A DNA stretch of 64,000 bases from Blastocystis sp. Blastoise (GCA_039096225.1 JBBPEB010000015.1:930001-994000), one strand, 5' to 3'; counted from the stretch's first letter, positions 1 to 15,200 are shown. Numbers and translations are program-made. The notes: generated by a model not told the origin, from the letters alone.

Positions 1-1734
1 TTATAATAAAATATAATAAGTATAATAATAAACTATAATAATAATAATAATATATAAATACAATTTTAATAACTTTCATAGTGTTATGAGCCGTTAAGGA
101 GTTGGGGGATGTGAGGATATATGTTTTGGGGAGTTCAAGGAAGGGAGTTATGTAACCATCCAATAAAATATCTTTATAATCTTTATGAAGATTTGCCGTT
201 ATTTGACCCAGAACTTGTCGTGAGGCATTCTGAATAACATCGTCCAAACCAGAAATACAAGTATCTAATAATAATAATAATAATAAATATAAACATAATA
301 AAATAATAATAATAAATATAAACAAAAAGAAATAAAAATATAAACAAAAAGAAATAAAAATATAAACATAAATATAAATAAATATATAAACTAATAACTT
401 ACTAATAATAATGTTTCCCAGTTCTCAAGATCCCTCATAAGATATTGTGTTCCGTACTGTTGTAGTTCAAGTAATAATAATTCGAGTCCATCTCTTTGAT
501 TGTTATATATACCACTATCGATTCGATCTAGGAGGAAGGGGAGAAGAAATTCTTGGAGATGCGAGGATACTAAGAAAGCTGTATTAAGAGCATTCTTTAT
601 ATCTTCCTATAGAATATATAGATGAATTAATATATATATATATATATATATAGTAATCTAAGAGAAGTTAAAAGTGTGTTATATCTAACGAATAAAAACA
701 GTAAAAAATGTATAAATATAAACATAAAAAATGAATAATGATTGAATAGAAGAATACATGATAGTAATATATATACATGAGTAATATTGAATACATCATT
801 AGCAGGTCTGGTGAATGTGACAGGAAAATAAGAGGAAAGAATATCAAATATTTCTCCAGAAATATCTAAAGTCAATATAGAATCAAAAACAGTACATATA
901 GATTCAACTAATTGTAATACTTGTAATAAACCACGGGGATCTTTTTCATCCAACATAATCTATATATAAAATAATTTCTTAATCCTAAATAGAATATAAT
1001 ATTGTTTACAATAAACAATTTTTACAGTAATCAATCAAGTATTATTATTGTATATCATAATATATTAGTATAATAAATATGAGACAATTCATTATATAAA
1101 TATAAAACAATTCATTATATAAATATAAAACAATTCATTATATAAATATAATAAATCTATTAATATAATTCACAATATATACATTACAAAGCCATTTAAC
1201 ATATTGAAGTCCCTTATTGACCATAGTATTATGATAATGATTATTACTAAGGAAGAGAGAGAGAGTATCATATACATGATGACGACAAGGATATTTCATT
1301 GAACCTATGTTCCCTGTTTGAGAAAACACTTCAACAGTCTTTATACAACTATCAGGAATCACTAACCCATATTTTTTTATGGTAACATAAATGTCATTTG
1401 TGCACTCTTCTGCAGTTGGAAAGTCTTCAATTCGAATTAGAAAGAACTCATAAATTGATGTAATGACAGGAACACTTATATGGATATCATCACTAGATAT
1501 GATATCTCCTAAGAACTTCATTCCTATCTTTCTTTTCGATTCTTCTGAGTTGACTAAATAAAATTCACATGCAGAAATAAGAGTTGACATCATGTTTCCA
1601 TTATTTAACTATATTACATATAGAACAACATATTATAAGTTTACTAATGCGATAGCTTGTGAAATCACTTTTTGAGTTTCCTCCTGATTTACACTATTTG
1701 CATATTGATCGATTATACTCTTCAATTTATCCAT
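1..1734 (-). CDS. MMS19: MMS19/MET18 cytosolic Fe-S assembly (CIA) scaffold, N-terminal part; multi-exon, runs off the window start
   Basis: ATG at 1734 (MDKLKSIIDQY...). Exon 956-780 encodes DEKDPRGLL...IFDILSSYFPVTFTRPANDVFNIT, matching the MMS19 N-terminal GEKDPRNL...CYFPIDFxPPPND motif. Further exons at ~610-400 and ~265-80. Confidence 0.85.
1085..1150. repeat. Intronic tandem repeat, ~23 nt x3 (CAATTCATTATATAAATATAAAA)
   Basis: Directly visible within an MMS19 intron. Confidence 0.8.
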
Positions 1735-2047
1735 TGTTCTACTTATAAAGAAATTAATTTTTTCTGTTTGAACGTTTCCTATTTCTTTTCTCTCTTTGAG
1801 TTTTTACGATAAAAAGAAAATCACAAGTATATAAAATCACTTTTCCGTGACTTTTATGATAATGCTTCCAATGGAGCCGTTTCTGACTATGCCAACAAGG
1901 AAAGAATAATTTTTGGAACCAACAGAAAGTTTTTTATTCATCTATTCTCACGCGAAGGAAGACACTTCTTTCATATATCGTCATCTACATCACATTACTG
2001 GATAGTATAGATTCTATAAGTTATAATTTTTCTGTTAAACATCAAAA

Positions 2048-3903
2048 TTGTTGCTCTTTTTCATAATTGTTCGTCTTGCCATTCTTCTATTGGCTGTATG
2101 TTTGGTATGCTCTTGCGTATTTATTGCAGTCATATTTTTCCTTATAAAAAAACATGAAGGGACACTTGCATTCAATAGTCCTTCTTTGCGTTTATGTCAT
2201 TCTTCTGATAGTGTTGATTCTGAAAATAATATATGTGATTTGGAGCCTTGTCAATGTAAGATATGTACGAATGAATATGTAAAAGAGAAATATCTTGGTT
2301 GTGGTTCTTCTGGTGTTTCTTTTTTGGCTCAACGACTCTCTGATAAGAAGAAGGTAGTCATAAAGATTCTTAATACAAAAGATGTTACAGATGTTAATTA
2401 TAATTATTCTGAAGTTCATTTATTAGAAACTATAAATCATCCTAATATTTGTCATTTTGAAGAAGTATATATATATATATATATTTATGTATATTTTTAA
2501 AAATGTTCATTCACTATTTCTTATTATAATATAATATATTTTATAGTTTTTTCTTCATGTAGATAAAAAAGAAAAACATTATTTGCGAATTGTTATAGTA
2601 ATGGAATATTGTCCTTATGGTGATTTTTATTCTATTATGAAAAACCCAGTAAATATATCTTGTCCTTATTCACCAGAACAACTTGTTCGATTTATGTCAC
2701 AACTTGTACATGCGATTAAATATATTCATTCTAAAGGAATTATACATAGGTATATATATATATATTTTAATATATTTATATATAATAAGTTCTTATTAAT
2801 ATATATATATATAGAGATATAAAACCAGATAATATTTTGCTTTGTGATGACGGTATTCGATTGGCTGATTTCGGACTGGCTCTTAATTTAAAGAATTCTA
2901 CAATTACAGAAGATCAACTGTATATATATATAGAATAATTTATTATATATTATACATAATTATGATAATCATGGAATATAAAACTATTTGCTTCTATTAT
3001 TTTCATTATCTTTTTTTTAAATTTAAGTTGTATATATATTATTTATATTGATGTATTATTGTATTTATTATTTTTGGACATTATATATAATTTTTGAAGA
3101 TATACAATATATATAATATGTATATATATATTGTATATAGTACAATGATCTGTGGTACTCCTCTATATCATGCTCCTGAAGTTGATGGTACACATAAACA
3201 AACGAAAGCAGTCGATATTTGGAGTTTAGGAATTGTATTTATGGAACTTATTAACTGGAAATGTTTTGAGTCGTATATATATATATATATTTGTTAATTA
3301 TTTTATATATTATATTTGATAAATTATTTATTATCTATGAATAAATGAATAATAACTATAGTGATATTCCAGAATCTTCTATATATACAACAGATTGGGT
3401 TAGTAAACAAATAAGTTTATTAAATCCATCCTTCCCTTATATATCTATATATAAACCATTATTAGAATCTATGTTATGTCTTGATCCTAAGAAGAGAATG
3501 ACTATAAAACAAGTAGCAGCGTTCTCTTTATTTAAAGATATTTTATCTCTTCGTGATACAACTACAACCCCTATTTTATTAACATGTCCACATCCTTCAC
3601 CTAAATTAACAAGAACTAAGGAGTATATTTATTATTTATTTCATTATTATTGCTATTCTATATTTATATATATTTTTATTTCATTATTATTGCTATTCTA
3701 TATATATAAATATATTATTTATTTCATTATTATTTTTATTCTATAAATATTATTTATTTCATTATTATTTCTATTCTATATATATAAATATATTTTTTAT
3801 TTCCTTTTATTTCTATTCTATATATATTATTTATTACGTTATTATTTTTATTCTATATATATATAGTTCGGATACACATTTCAGTTATAATGTATTTTTT
3901 TAA
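2048..3903 (+). CDS. Ser/Thr protein kinase (NEK/CAMK-like) with N-terminal hydrophobic segment; start codon unresolved
   Basis: Spliced exons give LGCGSSG (Gly loop), [29 protein letters not shown] and DIWSLG. The last small exon 3867-3903 ends in TAA in frame. No in-frame ATG precedes the kinase domain in the 2048 ORF. Confidence 0.85.
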
Positions 3904-4684
3904 TTTCAAATATATAACAATAGAACTATATTTTTTAAATGTCGTATAGTCCTTATTGATACTTATTATAATTATTGTTATTCACTATTTTTATTTATTA
4001 TATTTTATTTTGGGCTTCATTTTTTTTTGTTTTCTTTTTTTTTAATAATTATTTTGTTATTATTTTCTTTATATGTAATCTCATTTATACTAATTCACTT
4101 GATTTATTATTCATAATTCATTCTTATTTCATTTTTAATAAGGATACTTTATGTTTATTTCCTATATGATGGAAACAGTTATTTTGTTATCACTCATCAT
4201 AATTGCCTAGTATTTTAATAATTTGATCATTAAGGATACATACTTGACCGATGCCATTGATCAAAACGATGAATTACAATATATAACAGTTTATTTGTCA
4301 AAATATTACTTAGAAATAAAACATAAATGAAGCTGTGAATCTCTCACTTCATGGACTGCGATGATAAAATAATTTTCCTTTTATGATTCTGAGAATACTT
4401 AAATTTCAAGTAAAAATTAATGTATAATCGCGATTTCATTTTCTTAATATTAAAAAAACCGTGAAACTAAAAAGGAGAATTTATACTTGTTTTCATAATA
4501 TACAAAAAGCAGAAAATGACTATTGAGCAATAGATTCCCGTGAATATTAAGCTTATCTCTGTGGTTATATTTTTTTCCATTTCTCTCATGTACTGCAATG
4601 TCAATTTTGGCTTAATATCGAGGAAAAAGAAGGCTAAATCTATATTTGTTAGGTTTTATTACTCTTTTTAACTGTTGCACAACC

Positions 4685-6468
4685 ATGCAAGTCTTAAGAA
4701 GTATGTATATATATATGATTTTTTGATGAATATACGTATATAGCTTCCGGACTTTCTTTTGCTAAGAATGGTAAATTGTTTGATTCATTGTTTCTAAATA
4801 ATCTATAGCTAGAATGGCTTCTACTGTTGCTGGATCTATCGTTGAATCCTCCAAATGGTTACCTTACAAGAATGCTATTAAATGTTCTGAAGAAAAAGTT
4901 CATTTCAATTATAAAGATTTAATTAATAACTCCAGATGCTTTGCTAATGGTTTATATGAAATGGCTCTTCAACCTGGTGATTCATTTGCTGTTTGGACTG
5001 ATAATATTTCTGAAAACATCGTTTCTTATTATGCTTGTGCCATGGCTGGTATAAAGATGGTTGCTATCGATCCTTCTTTAAATAATCAAGAACAACTTGC
5101 GTATTTTTTTTTATATATTTTAATTTAGTTTTATCAGTTATTATAACTTAATTCAATCTTATGAATATTATATATATCATACATTTATATAAAACATATA
5201 TAATAAATATCATTCTTTTTATCTATATATGTTTATAAATCTCTAGTCATATTTTATCTGAAACTGGTGCTAAAGCTCTTTTATATTCTCCTTCCTTAAA
5301 TAAGACTCTTGTTAATAGAGATGATATAATTGCTGAGTTATTCCCTTCCGTTAAGAATGGTATATTCTTAATGAATTATTTGTTTTTTAAAAATAATAAT
5401 ATATCACCAGTTTCTTTTTGAATGTCATTTATTTTTTAATATTTTTTAATTTGTATTATTATTCTGTTCATATTATTAAAAAAATATTTTCATAATATAT
5501 ATATATATAGCTAGTGATTTAATAATGAAGAGTCCTATAAAGAGCCGTAAATTCAATAAATTATCTCATATTCTTACTACATCCTTTGATCATCCTACTC
5601 TTAATGGTGTAATTAACTTCCGTTCTACACTTATTAATCACCCTTATCCTGATTATTTAAAGTCTGTTCTTCCTAGATTAGAACAAGAACCAGAAAGACC
5701 TCTCTTTATCTCTTATGCTATTAAGAATAATGATGTTATTAAAGTATATATAAATGAAGATATTTTTTTTTAAATGTTATTATAATATATATTATTATTA
5801 TTATATTTTCATTATTATTTTTATATATTATTATTATTATTATATATATAATTATTAAATATTAATTATTATTATATATAAAAGGAACTGAATATACTCA
5901 AGGTTCTATGAATACTGATGCTACTAAATTAAGTGAAGTAACTGCTGCTTCTCCTGATACTAATGTTCTTATGACTGCTCCTCTTGTATATATTGATCTA
6001 TTTCTACTATTTATTATTATCATATAAATAATATATACTTTTTTCATGTATATTATTATTCTATATATATACATATCATTATAGTTTGAACCTATTTCTA
6101 TGATTGGTGTTACTGCTAATTTACTTACTTGTTCGAATACTGTTGTACCTTCCCGTGCTGTTCCTGCCGCCACTACTATTCCTGCTCTTGCTGAAGAAGA
6201 ACAATGTAAAGTCGTTATTGGTAATAGCATGATGACCGAACAACCCACCGATGTCAAACAAGGTATATATATATATATTTTATTATTATTATTATTATAT
6301 ATATATATATTATTATTATTATATGTATTATATTTATTATTATTATATTATTATTATATATATTATATATATCATCCTCTATATATTTCTATAGCTCATC
6401 TTGAAGTCTCTAATATGGATATTCAAAAGAGTACTTATGCTTCTTATAGTTATGTATCTACTATGTAA
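4685..6468 (+). CDS. Mitochondrion-targeted AMP-binding (acyl-CoA synthetase-like) protein, truncated and with degenerate P-loop
   Basis: Exons 4685-4700, 4744-4770 and 4809- splice to MQVLRTSGLSFAKNARMAST (presequence-like). FNYKDL...FANGLYEMALQPGDSFAVW...YYACAMAGIKMVAIDP is typical of the ANL N-terminal domain. Stop TAA at 6466-6468. One junction (5744-5884) is out of phase by 1 nt. Confidence 0.75.
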
Positions 6469-7179
6469 ATTCTATTCAAGAGGAATATATATATATATAT
6501 ACATACTAATTTATACGATTCTAAAACAACTCTTTATACGCTATATTCATGCAATCTCTTTTATTTTTCTTATTTTTTTTAACAACCATATATCGTAATT
6601 ATTACCTAATTTTTTTTTTATTTAATATAAATGATATTACATTATTTTTTTAACAACATATATATAAAAAGATTTAAAAATTAAATACTATGTATTATAG
6701 AATTGTTGCTTTAATTGTTATTCGTATTTATCTTCATATCATAATAGAAATTTGATTTTTTTTTTAATTTTTAGTGACTGATTGATATTATTCTTAAGAA
6801 TCTATGATGAAAAAACAGCAATATATATTCTAGGATATACTTTTTTTAATATAGTTCAAGACAACTGGGTAGATACGAAATAATTACAATAAAAATAGAT
6901 AGTAAATAATATAAAAAACTATTTGAATAATGAGAACTTGTAATAAATATTTTAAACTTGTTATAAATAGGTTTTCAATAGAATATTAGCATATATAATA
7001 ATTTAAATATCTCTCTAAAAATTTATTTTTGAAAATAGTAAACTAAACAATACAAAATATGCAATATGTATACATAAATAAAACTGACTAAATTATAACA
7101 TATTTTAAAAACGAGCAATTATAAAGATATATAAAAAGTATCATAATAGGGTATATATACATATATATAAATATTTATT

Positions 7180-8387
7180 TTATAAGAAATAATCTGGCGG
7201 GGGCTTTTTGGTGGGAATTCCACGTTCTTCAGCTGGAGCTGCTGTAAAAACTTTGAAATCATAATTCATATGTTCATCTAATTCCATAATAGAAGCAACA
7301 TTACCACATCTATAACAATAATTTGGTGCACTCCAAACAGTAACTAGTTTATTATCAAACATCCATTTATATCCTTCCATAACTAACTGATGAGCTCGAC
7401 ATATTACATCAATATTATTATGTGAATTAAACTATATTATAAGTTTAATAATATATAATAATAAGTATAATAATAATAATTCTCAGAATAATAATAATAA
7501 ACATAATAATAATTCTCAGAATAATAATAATATTCAATAATATATACAGTTTCTACTATATGCCCACCAAATAAAAACCCGGCACCACGTGGACTGACGC
7601 CCCATCCGTCAAGTTCTTCAGGATCCGACCATAAGAGTTCAGACATGGCACCTTCTCGAGGAACTTCTTGCTTACGATTAATTTCATGAATCTAATGGAA
7701 AGAATAAAATAGAATAGATTCTATTAGGATATAGAATAAAAATAAAATTTAGAAATAAAATAAGATAAAAAAATTTAAGATAAAAATAAAACTTAAATAA
7801 AATTTAAAAGAATAAAAAATAACCCTAATAAACAATCATAATAATAAAAAATAAAATACTTCATCAATAGAATTAATTTTTGGAGAAAGACCACCATGTA
7901 CACAGAAATATTTCTTTTCAATAAGAGCAGCTATGGATAAATAATCAAAAATTTCAGTACAGAATCTCCAAACATTTACAGATCCAAATTTACGAAGACA
8001 TTCATCATAAAAACCATATACTTGAGTAATTGAACGACTTTCATGATTACCTCTTAATAATGTAATACGATCAGGATATCTAACTTTAAGTGCAAGTAAT
8101 AATAAAAATGTTTCAACACTATAAAAGCCACGATCTACATAATCACCAAGAAATATATAATTTGTTTGTGGGCAATCACCACCAACTTTAAATAATTCTA
8201 CTAAATCATAAAATTGACCATGAATATCACCACAAATTGTAATAGGTGCAGATACATCCTCTACATTACTCTCCTCGATAAGAATCTCTCTTGCCTTATC
8301 ACATAGTACTTTCACTTCCATTTCTGTGATCAACTCACATTTCTTTAATTTTGAAATTTGTCTATCTAAATCACTGATATCATTCAT
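7180..8387 (-). CDS. PPP4C: Serine/threonine protein phosphatase 4 catalytic subunit (3 exons)
   Basis: GDIHG, GDYVDRG, RGNHE and [11 protein letters not shown] motifs. The N-terminus ISDLDRQI and C-terminus [14 protein letters not shown] are PP4-type. Both introns are GT-AG and in phase. Confidence 0.95.
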
Positions 8388-9227
8388 TTTGATAAACAAA
8401 AGAAGTTATAAAGAAATGAAAATAATTACTTCCAAAAAAAGATAGTCTTTGTAATCACGATTTCGCGGTTTGAAACGAATTTTCGTGAAAAAAATGTATT
8501 CATTTGGATTGAGTTTTAAAATAATCATGATTAATTGAAAACCATTTTCACTTTTTTTCCACTGACTTATCTTTTTGCCTAATTTGACAATAAATACTTT
8601 ATATTTATGATATACTTTAGTTTTTAAAGCATTCACTTTTTTAAATCGGATCTCTTAATATATTTTATTAAAATAAAATCAAATAGCTTGCTCATTGTGT
8701 ACATTCATCATATTTTTGTATAGAATAAAACATATATCTAATGATGTATTGAATATAAATAATTTAAAAGCAATATCCTTTTTGTAAATGAAATTTGAAA
8801 TTTTTAAAGAAAAAAAAAAATAATTTGATTTTCTTTTTTGTATGTATAATAATAACGAGTGTTTATATTTGTATCAAGTTTAAAAATTTCGAATAGAGTA
8901 TATTTGAAAGAATGAAAAATCAAACTAATGAAAATATAATAATATATTGACATCATGAATATAATAAAAAGTAATAAAAAAACTTTTAATATATAATATA
9001 TGATTTTTGCATGATGTTAAATAAGACAAAAAAAAAAGAAGGAGAATTGTATATGAAGATAATATAATAAAAACGATATAAAGAAGTATTTATAAACAAA
9101 ATAGAGGGTAATACGTTGAAATTACAATAATAGAATAGACACCTTATTCAACAAATAATAAAATGGATTACGAAGTAAAAACAAATAAGAACATATAAAT
9201 ACTACATGTCTCATTATTTTAAATTGA

Positions 9228-9630
9228 TTAATTGGCTCCTTCAATAGTCATAGGTTTCATTTCATCAGCAAGTCCAACAACTTCTATAGTTTCAGCAGTT
9301 TCATCATCAACTAATTGATCACCAGTTAAACCATATTCAGCATCATCAGCCTTTTCTTCAGTAGCAATTTGCATACGATAAGCATAAGCAGAAATATTTT
9401 CAGTAGGTCTCCAAAGGAACTATATAAATATTGAATATAATAATTATTATATTAAATAGATTATATATATATAACATAATAGCACTTAAAACAGCTAAAT
9501 AGAAACAACTCCAAACACCTTCATTAATGCTATAGATAAAGAATAATATAGAAATTTTAAAGATAAAAGAAGATTTTTATAAAAAATTTGAATAATAATA
9601 ATAATAAATAAATAAATAATAATAAATAAA

Positions 9631-9662
<32 letters not shown>

Positions 9663-11253
9663 TAAATAATAAACACTTACAACCATTGATAAGTCCAGAT
9701 TTGTTCGGTCTTATTTTCAACAGCAATATAAGTGAAAGCAAGAATAGTAACAGTAGAAACAATAACAGCTACAATAATAATATTTCTGAATTTCTTGAAA
9801 ATAGATAACTTGGCAGTTTGATTCTTATCAGTTAATTCTTCCATAGTATTGACAAGAGCTTGGAATATAAGGAAATAAATAATAGTATCAACTAAAGTAG
9901 TTAAGACTAATCTAGGATAAGAGATATCAACTTCAACAGAGTAAATAGTACAATAAGTATCCCAGAAGGTAATACCAAAATAAACAAGAGCTAAAACAAT
10001 AAGTTTAAATATAGTTACACCAAGAGTAGGAGAAGAAACACCAAGACTATATATAGTAATTATATTAATATTGTTAAAAAATAAAATAAAAAATAAATAA
10101 ATATAACTTTAAAAAATATATATATATAATAACAACTATATATATACCCCATGGAAACAACTAAAGTTAAGATACGAGTAATAGTCTTAGTAAAACAGTC
10201 AATAGCGATACTAATAAGACCAAGAGTGAAAGGTTCAACACCAACATTATTATATTCATTAAGATATATAACTTTAATAATAGAATCTAAAGTGAATGAA
10301 ATAACGACAATGATAATAGTATATTGAACACTCATGATTTCATGTTTGTATATATAACAAGCAAATAACCAAGCAATAGTTAAAACAGTGTAGATAATAG
10401 AAATATAGAAATAGAAAGATAAACTACCATAAGTAATAGAAGGAAGTTGACCATAAGTATTCTTAACAACAAAATCACCAGAAATATGAGTATTAATTGA
10501 TTTACTATCACAACTAGATATTTATAGAAGATTAATAAGTATATTCTATCAAATAGCAATAATAAAATAAAGACATACACAGTAGAAACAATAAAATAAA
10601 CACCAGATTTCTTGACATAATGAGTAAGGGTAGCATTAGATTGACCACTATATATATATGATAGATATTTATAATTTTAATAATATTAAATAACTATAAT
10701 AAGCAAATAAATAAAAAAAAAAAACATACTTCCAAGCAACTTCAGAAACACTCCATTCTTCAGGATGTTCATTCTTAGGATCAATAATAAGATGACCAAG
10801 GTTCTTACAGTTACCAGCAGCAACACCAGCAGGATCACAACAGATAACGTTCTTTTCACCTTCTTTATAGCCAAGTTCTTTAAATACTCTTTCAGAAATA
10901 ACAGCTAACTATAAATTGGCACGTATATAGTTATGTCAATAAGATATTTAAGTAATTATAGGAAAATAATTATCATGTAAAAAAAATATACATCAAGAGA
11001 ACCACCATAAGGTTTAGTAGAATCAATTCCAGACATCTTTAAGTTAACAGTAATAGTATTGTTACCATACATAGGTTTAGATGAGGTTTGTTCTATGTTA
11101 GTATATGTGCCTTTGTAAACGATGACGTATCCATTAACATCAAAAGGACCATATTCAGCAACATAAGCGTTGACAAAAGGAAGTATGAAGAAGAGCTATG
11201 AGAATAAGCTTGATAACAATTGAGAACCTTACTAATAAAAGAGCCTTATTCAT
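9228..11253 (-). CDS. TMEM87/GPR107 (GOST, lung seven-transmembrane receptor) family protein, multi-exon
   Basis: Signal-peptide-like start MNKALLL. Several TM-rich exons (RILTLVVSMG, LGVSSPTL), then FLWRPTENISAYAY and an acidic tail ending TIEGAN-TAA at 9228. LWRP is characteristic of the family. Confidence 0.8.
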
Positions 11254-12242
11254 GATCAAGTTCTATCTAATATAGATCAAATAAAGTGTTTATAATATAA
11301 TTGATTTTACTTCCTAAGAAAAAATAGTAGTGACCTATTTAATTATATATCACCTATTTAAAATGACATTAGGGATGAAGTACTGAATATTATAGAAATC
11401 TATTGGCCATTTACTATAGAGGAGCCCTATTTCTGTATTTTTATGATTGGAGACATTCATGGAAATTCTTCTTTTTTCACCACATTTTTACTTTTTCTCA
11501 TTTCTCGTGGGTATTATTGGGATATTTATAATTGAATGGACTCTTTACGTAAGCTTTGTAGAATAGATGGACTAAACAAAAAAATCTGAAAGTCAAACTA
11601 TTCTTTTTTATTATAATATATATAATTTTTTTTTAATTTTTATGAAATGAATATCTTTTTTACATCAATATCAACAGTTATAAAGAAACTATCATTCTTG
11701 AATAAAAACTTGTATTTTCGTGATTACGTCATGAGAAAGTCATCATAATATATTTTTTTATATTTACATCATTATTATAAATTTGGTGCATGCTACAATA
11801 CGGAAAGAACCACTTTGAGAAAAAACGGGCAATTTTAAAATCAACTTTTCAAAATTATTATGTGATTTGATTTGATTCATTATTCATTGGTTGCAAGATG
11901 TCAAGATTATATGCTAACATAATTAAAATAAACATTAAAGTGGTTTAAGCAAAGAAGAATGGAATGAATGATTGCGTATTTTAATATGTAATGACCCAGA
12001 TGTAGAATATACGAAGTGGGTGATCAAAGGTAGAAAAAGAAAGTGGCTTCAATGGAGAGTCTGCTTCAAACTACAAAAAAGAAAAATAAACAGTAACAAC
12101 CAATAATGTATTACGTGATAAATTCTGACCAATGACAGCGTTTCTTTTTTTATGATTTTTTTTTGCTTTCATATTTTTTCTATTATTCAAGTAGAATCAA
12201 ATTGACTTTTCTTTATTTTCTTTTTCCGTGTGACATCTAACA

Positions 12243-15200
12243 ATGGCAGACAACAAAGAAAGCAAAAAAGCTCAAAAGTATGCCAAAGAAATTGAGATTA
12301 TTCACAACAAGATGCCTGAAGAATTAGATACAGGAGATGTGATTCTTTTCTCAAGAAATTGCAATCAAATGGGATTATTTGGAGGTGCTTTGTGTTATAT
12401 TGCTAAAGTATTATTCGTTTTCTGGAATCTTTTTAATTATTATTTCAATAATATAGACATTCAGTCCTTGGGACCATGTAGCAGTTATTGTTCGTAATCC
12501 TGAAGATGATGTTCCTTATGCTGTAGAAGTCTCGTTTCGTGGGGTTAAAGTATTTTTTATTTTATTTTTGTTATTATTATTATTTTTATTTTTTAAATGA
12601 ATATTTGTATATTGTTGCATTCTATTTCTTTTATATCAATAATTGAATATCATGAATGTTTAGGTTGTTCCAGCTGTCGATAGAATTGCACGATCCTCAG
12701 CTCCACTCGTTGCTGTTCGTTATTTAAGAGTATATATTTATTATTTTCATCATATAGAACTGAATGAAATTATAATTCTATGTTGTATATATGAATAATT
12801 GTTTTTTTTTAAACATTTATGCTTTTTTTTTAAATCTTTTATTCAATTTATTCATATATTTCCTATTCTTAATTCTATATCTATTAGACAATTCGTACAC
12901 CTGAAATCCGTCAAAAAGCATGGGATGAAGCTATGAAACTCAATGGAAAACCTTATACAAAGAATATTAATATATTAGCTCGAGCTGGTCTAACTAGTCC
13001 TTATAAATTATATCGATCTCTTCTTTTTAATCGATCCAACCACCTTCGTAGTGAACTAATGACTCTAGTTGTATATATATACTTATTTTTATTTATTGTT
13101 GATTTATCATTATTTTTATTTATTATTTATTATTTCTTTTTATTTATTATTATTATTATTTATTTATTATTTATTATTTATTTATTATTTATTTATTATT
13201 AATTATTGATTTATATTTATTTCTAAAAGAATTCTAAGAATTCATATTCGTTAATTATTCACATTTATCTTATTATATATATATTATTGTATGACTATCT
13301 ATTATTATTAATAATATTACTTTAAAATAATTCTATTCTATAGCATGAAGAAGATAATGCAAATACAAATGATTTCTTATATTCTATATTACAGAATAAA
13401 CGTCGTCATTTATTATATGAACGTTCAAAAATATTAAATTTAATTCGTCAACAGACTCCATCTCGTTTAGAGAATAAAGAAATGGATAGTAGCTTCTTTT
13501 GTTCTCATGGTACAGCACATATATTAAAAACAATGGGTATTTTACCTCAAAATGTACCTTCTACTGAATATATGCCTTATACATTTTCAAGTGATGTTCA
13601 ATTACCCTTATTACAAGGCGCAAACTTTAGTCCTGAAGTATATATACGTGGACATCGTAATCAAAGATCTTATATACATGGACAAGTACAAGGAAAATCA
13701 AGACAAGAAGGAATGATTATTGAAAATAATGAAGATCAATTTAATATAGATGTCTTAATTAATAGATTACGTTTAAATAGACCTTTTGGAAGATTAACAA
13801 ATGAACAAGCAAAACAACTTATTAGTAAAGGAAAAATGTATTATTTTAAGTTTTTTATTATTCTCATATATATATTTGTTTTTTAATTATTATTATTTTT
13901 ATTATCTTTATTTATTTTTATTATTATTTATATTTATTTTTATTTTTATTATTAGTTTTATATAAATAAAATAATAAATAACATATATATATCTTAATTA
14001 ATTAAAATGATCTCTATTTCTTTTCTTAAAAATAAACAATACTATGTATATATAATAAATATATTATACTATATAGAGAGCATTTATTACCCGGTGAAAT
14101 AATAGATTTATCGGATCCTCAGAAATGTGTATGTATAGTTGATGAAGGTATTATCCATATTAATCGATGGATGGACTATATAGGAGAACGTAAAGTTGGT
14201 ATACATGGTGAAGATAGTATATTTGGTATAGAAGTATTTCCTGATTATGGGAATAAAATAGCTCGTGTTTGCTCACATCATCCTGCTACTATTATTACAT
14301 TATCTCAAGAAAATTGTCAAGATTTTCACGGGGAATCACCCATGTTACATGGTATGGAACGATATCGACTTATTCGATCTTTACAACAAAATAAGCATTT
14401 CCAACATTTATCATTCTTTGAATTACTTATGTTTTCTTCTTATTTTTATAAAGTACAATTACCTGCTAATGAACATTTATCTCGTCTTGGTGATTATTGT
14501 GATCATATATTAGTTATAGATCAAGGACATCTTTATCAAAAAGCTTCTCTTCAATATAATAAAGGTGTTCAATCTACTTATAAAACTGTACATGGAAATA
14601 TATTTGGTTGTTCTACCTTAATCTATGGTATACCTCGAAGAGATGATGTTTATGTAGGCGAACATGGTGCTACTTTATTTATTTGTGATCCTACTGTATT
14701 TCATTATTATACAGGTGAATGGTGTCCTTCTGTTATGAAAGCATTTAATGAATTTAAAGATCCATTATATCAATTAAAAGATGCGGCTACTCCTATTTAT
14801 GAAAAAATAATGAATAGTTTAGACGTAGTACAATCTATATCTAATATGTATACACAAAGTATGCAAGATAAATCAGGTACTTTCTTATCTTATGATATCA
14901 AATTCCAAGAAGAAATTAATGAATTTACTCAATTAATGCAAATGTTATTCCCTTTTAGTCAACCTTATAAACAGGATGATTATGTTAATGAAAAGATGAA
15001 ACAGAAATGTATAGAAATATATAAAGAAGTTCAAGAAACACAACAAAATAAATCAGCAGTACTTTTAAAGAATGAAGAAGAAACTTCAATTATACAATCA
15101 TCAAATGATTTAAATGATTTTATTCAACGTGCTCAAACACAAATCCAAAATGTGTTAATTCTAAAAGAATACGATACTCAAGCCATTATTCGTACATCCG

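Noticed and set aside
11890-12105. Purine-rich coding-looking stretch upstream of the fusion gene
   Set aside because: No ATG-initiated or spliceable ORF with recognisable motifs; cannot be supported.
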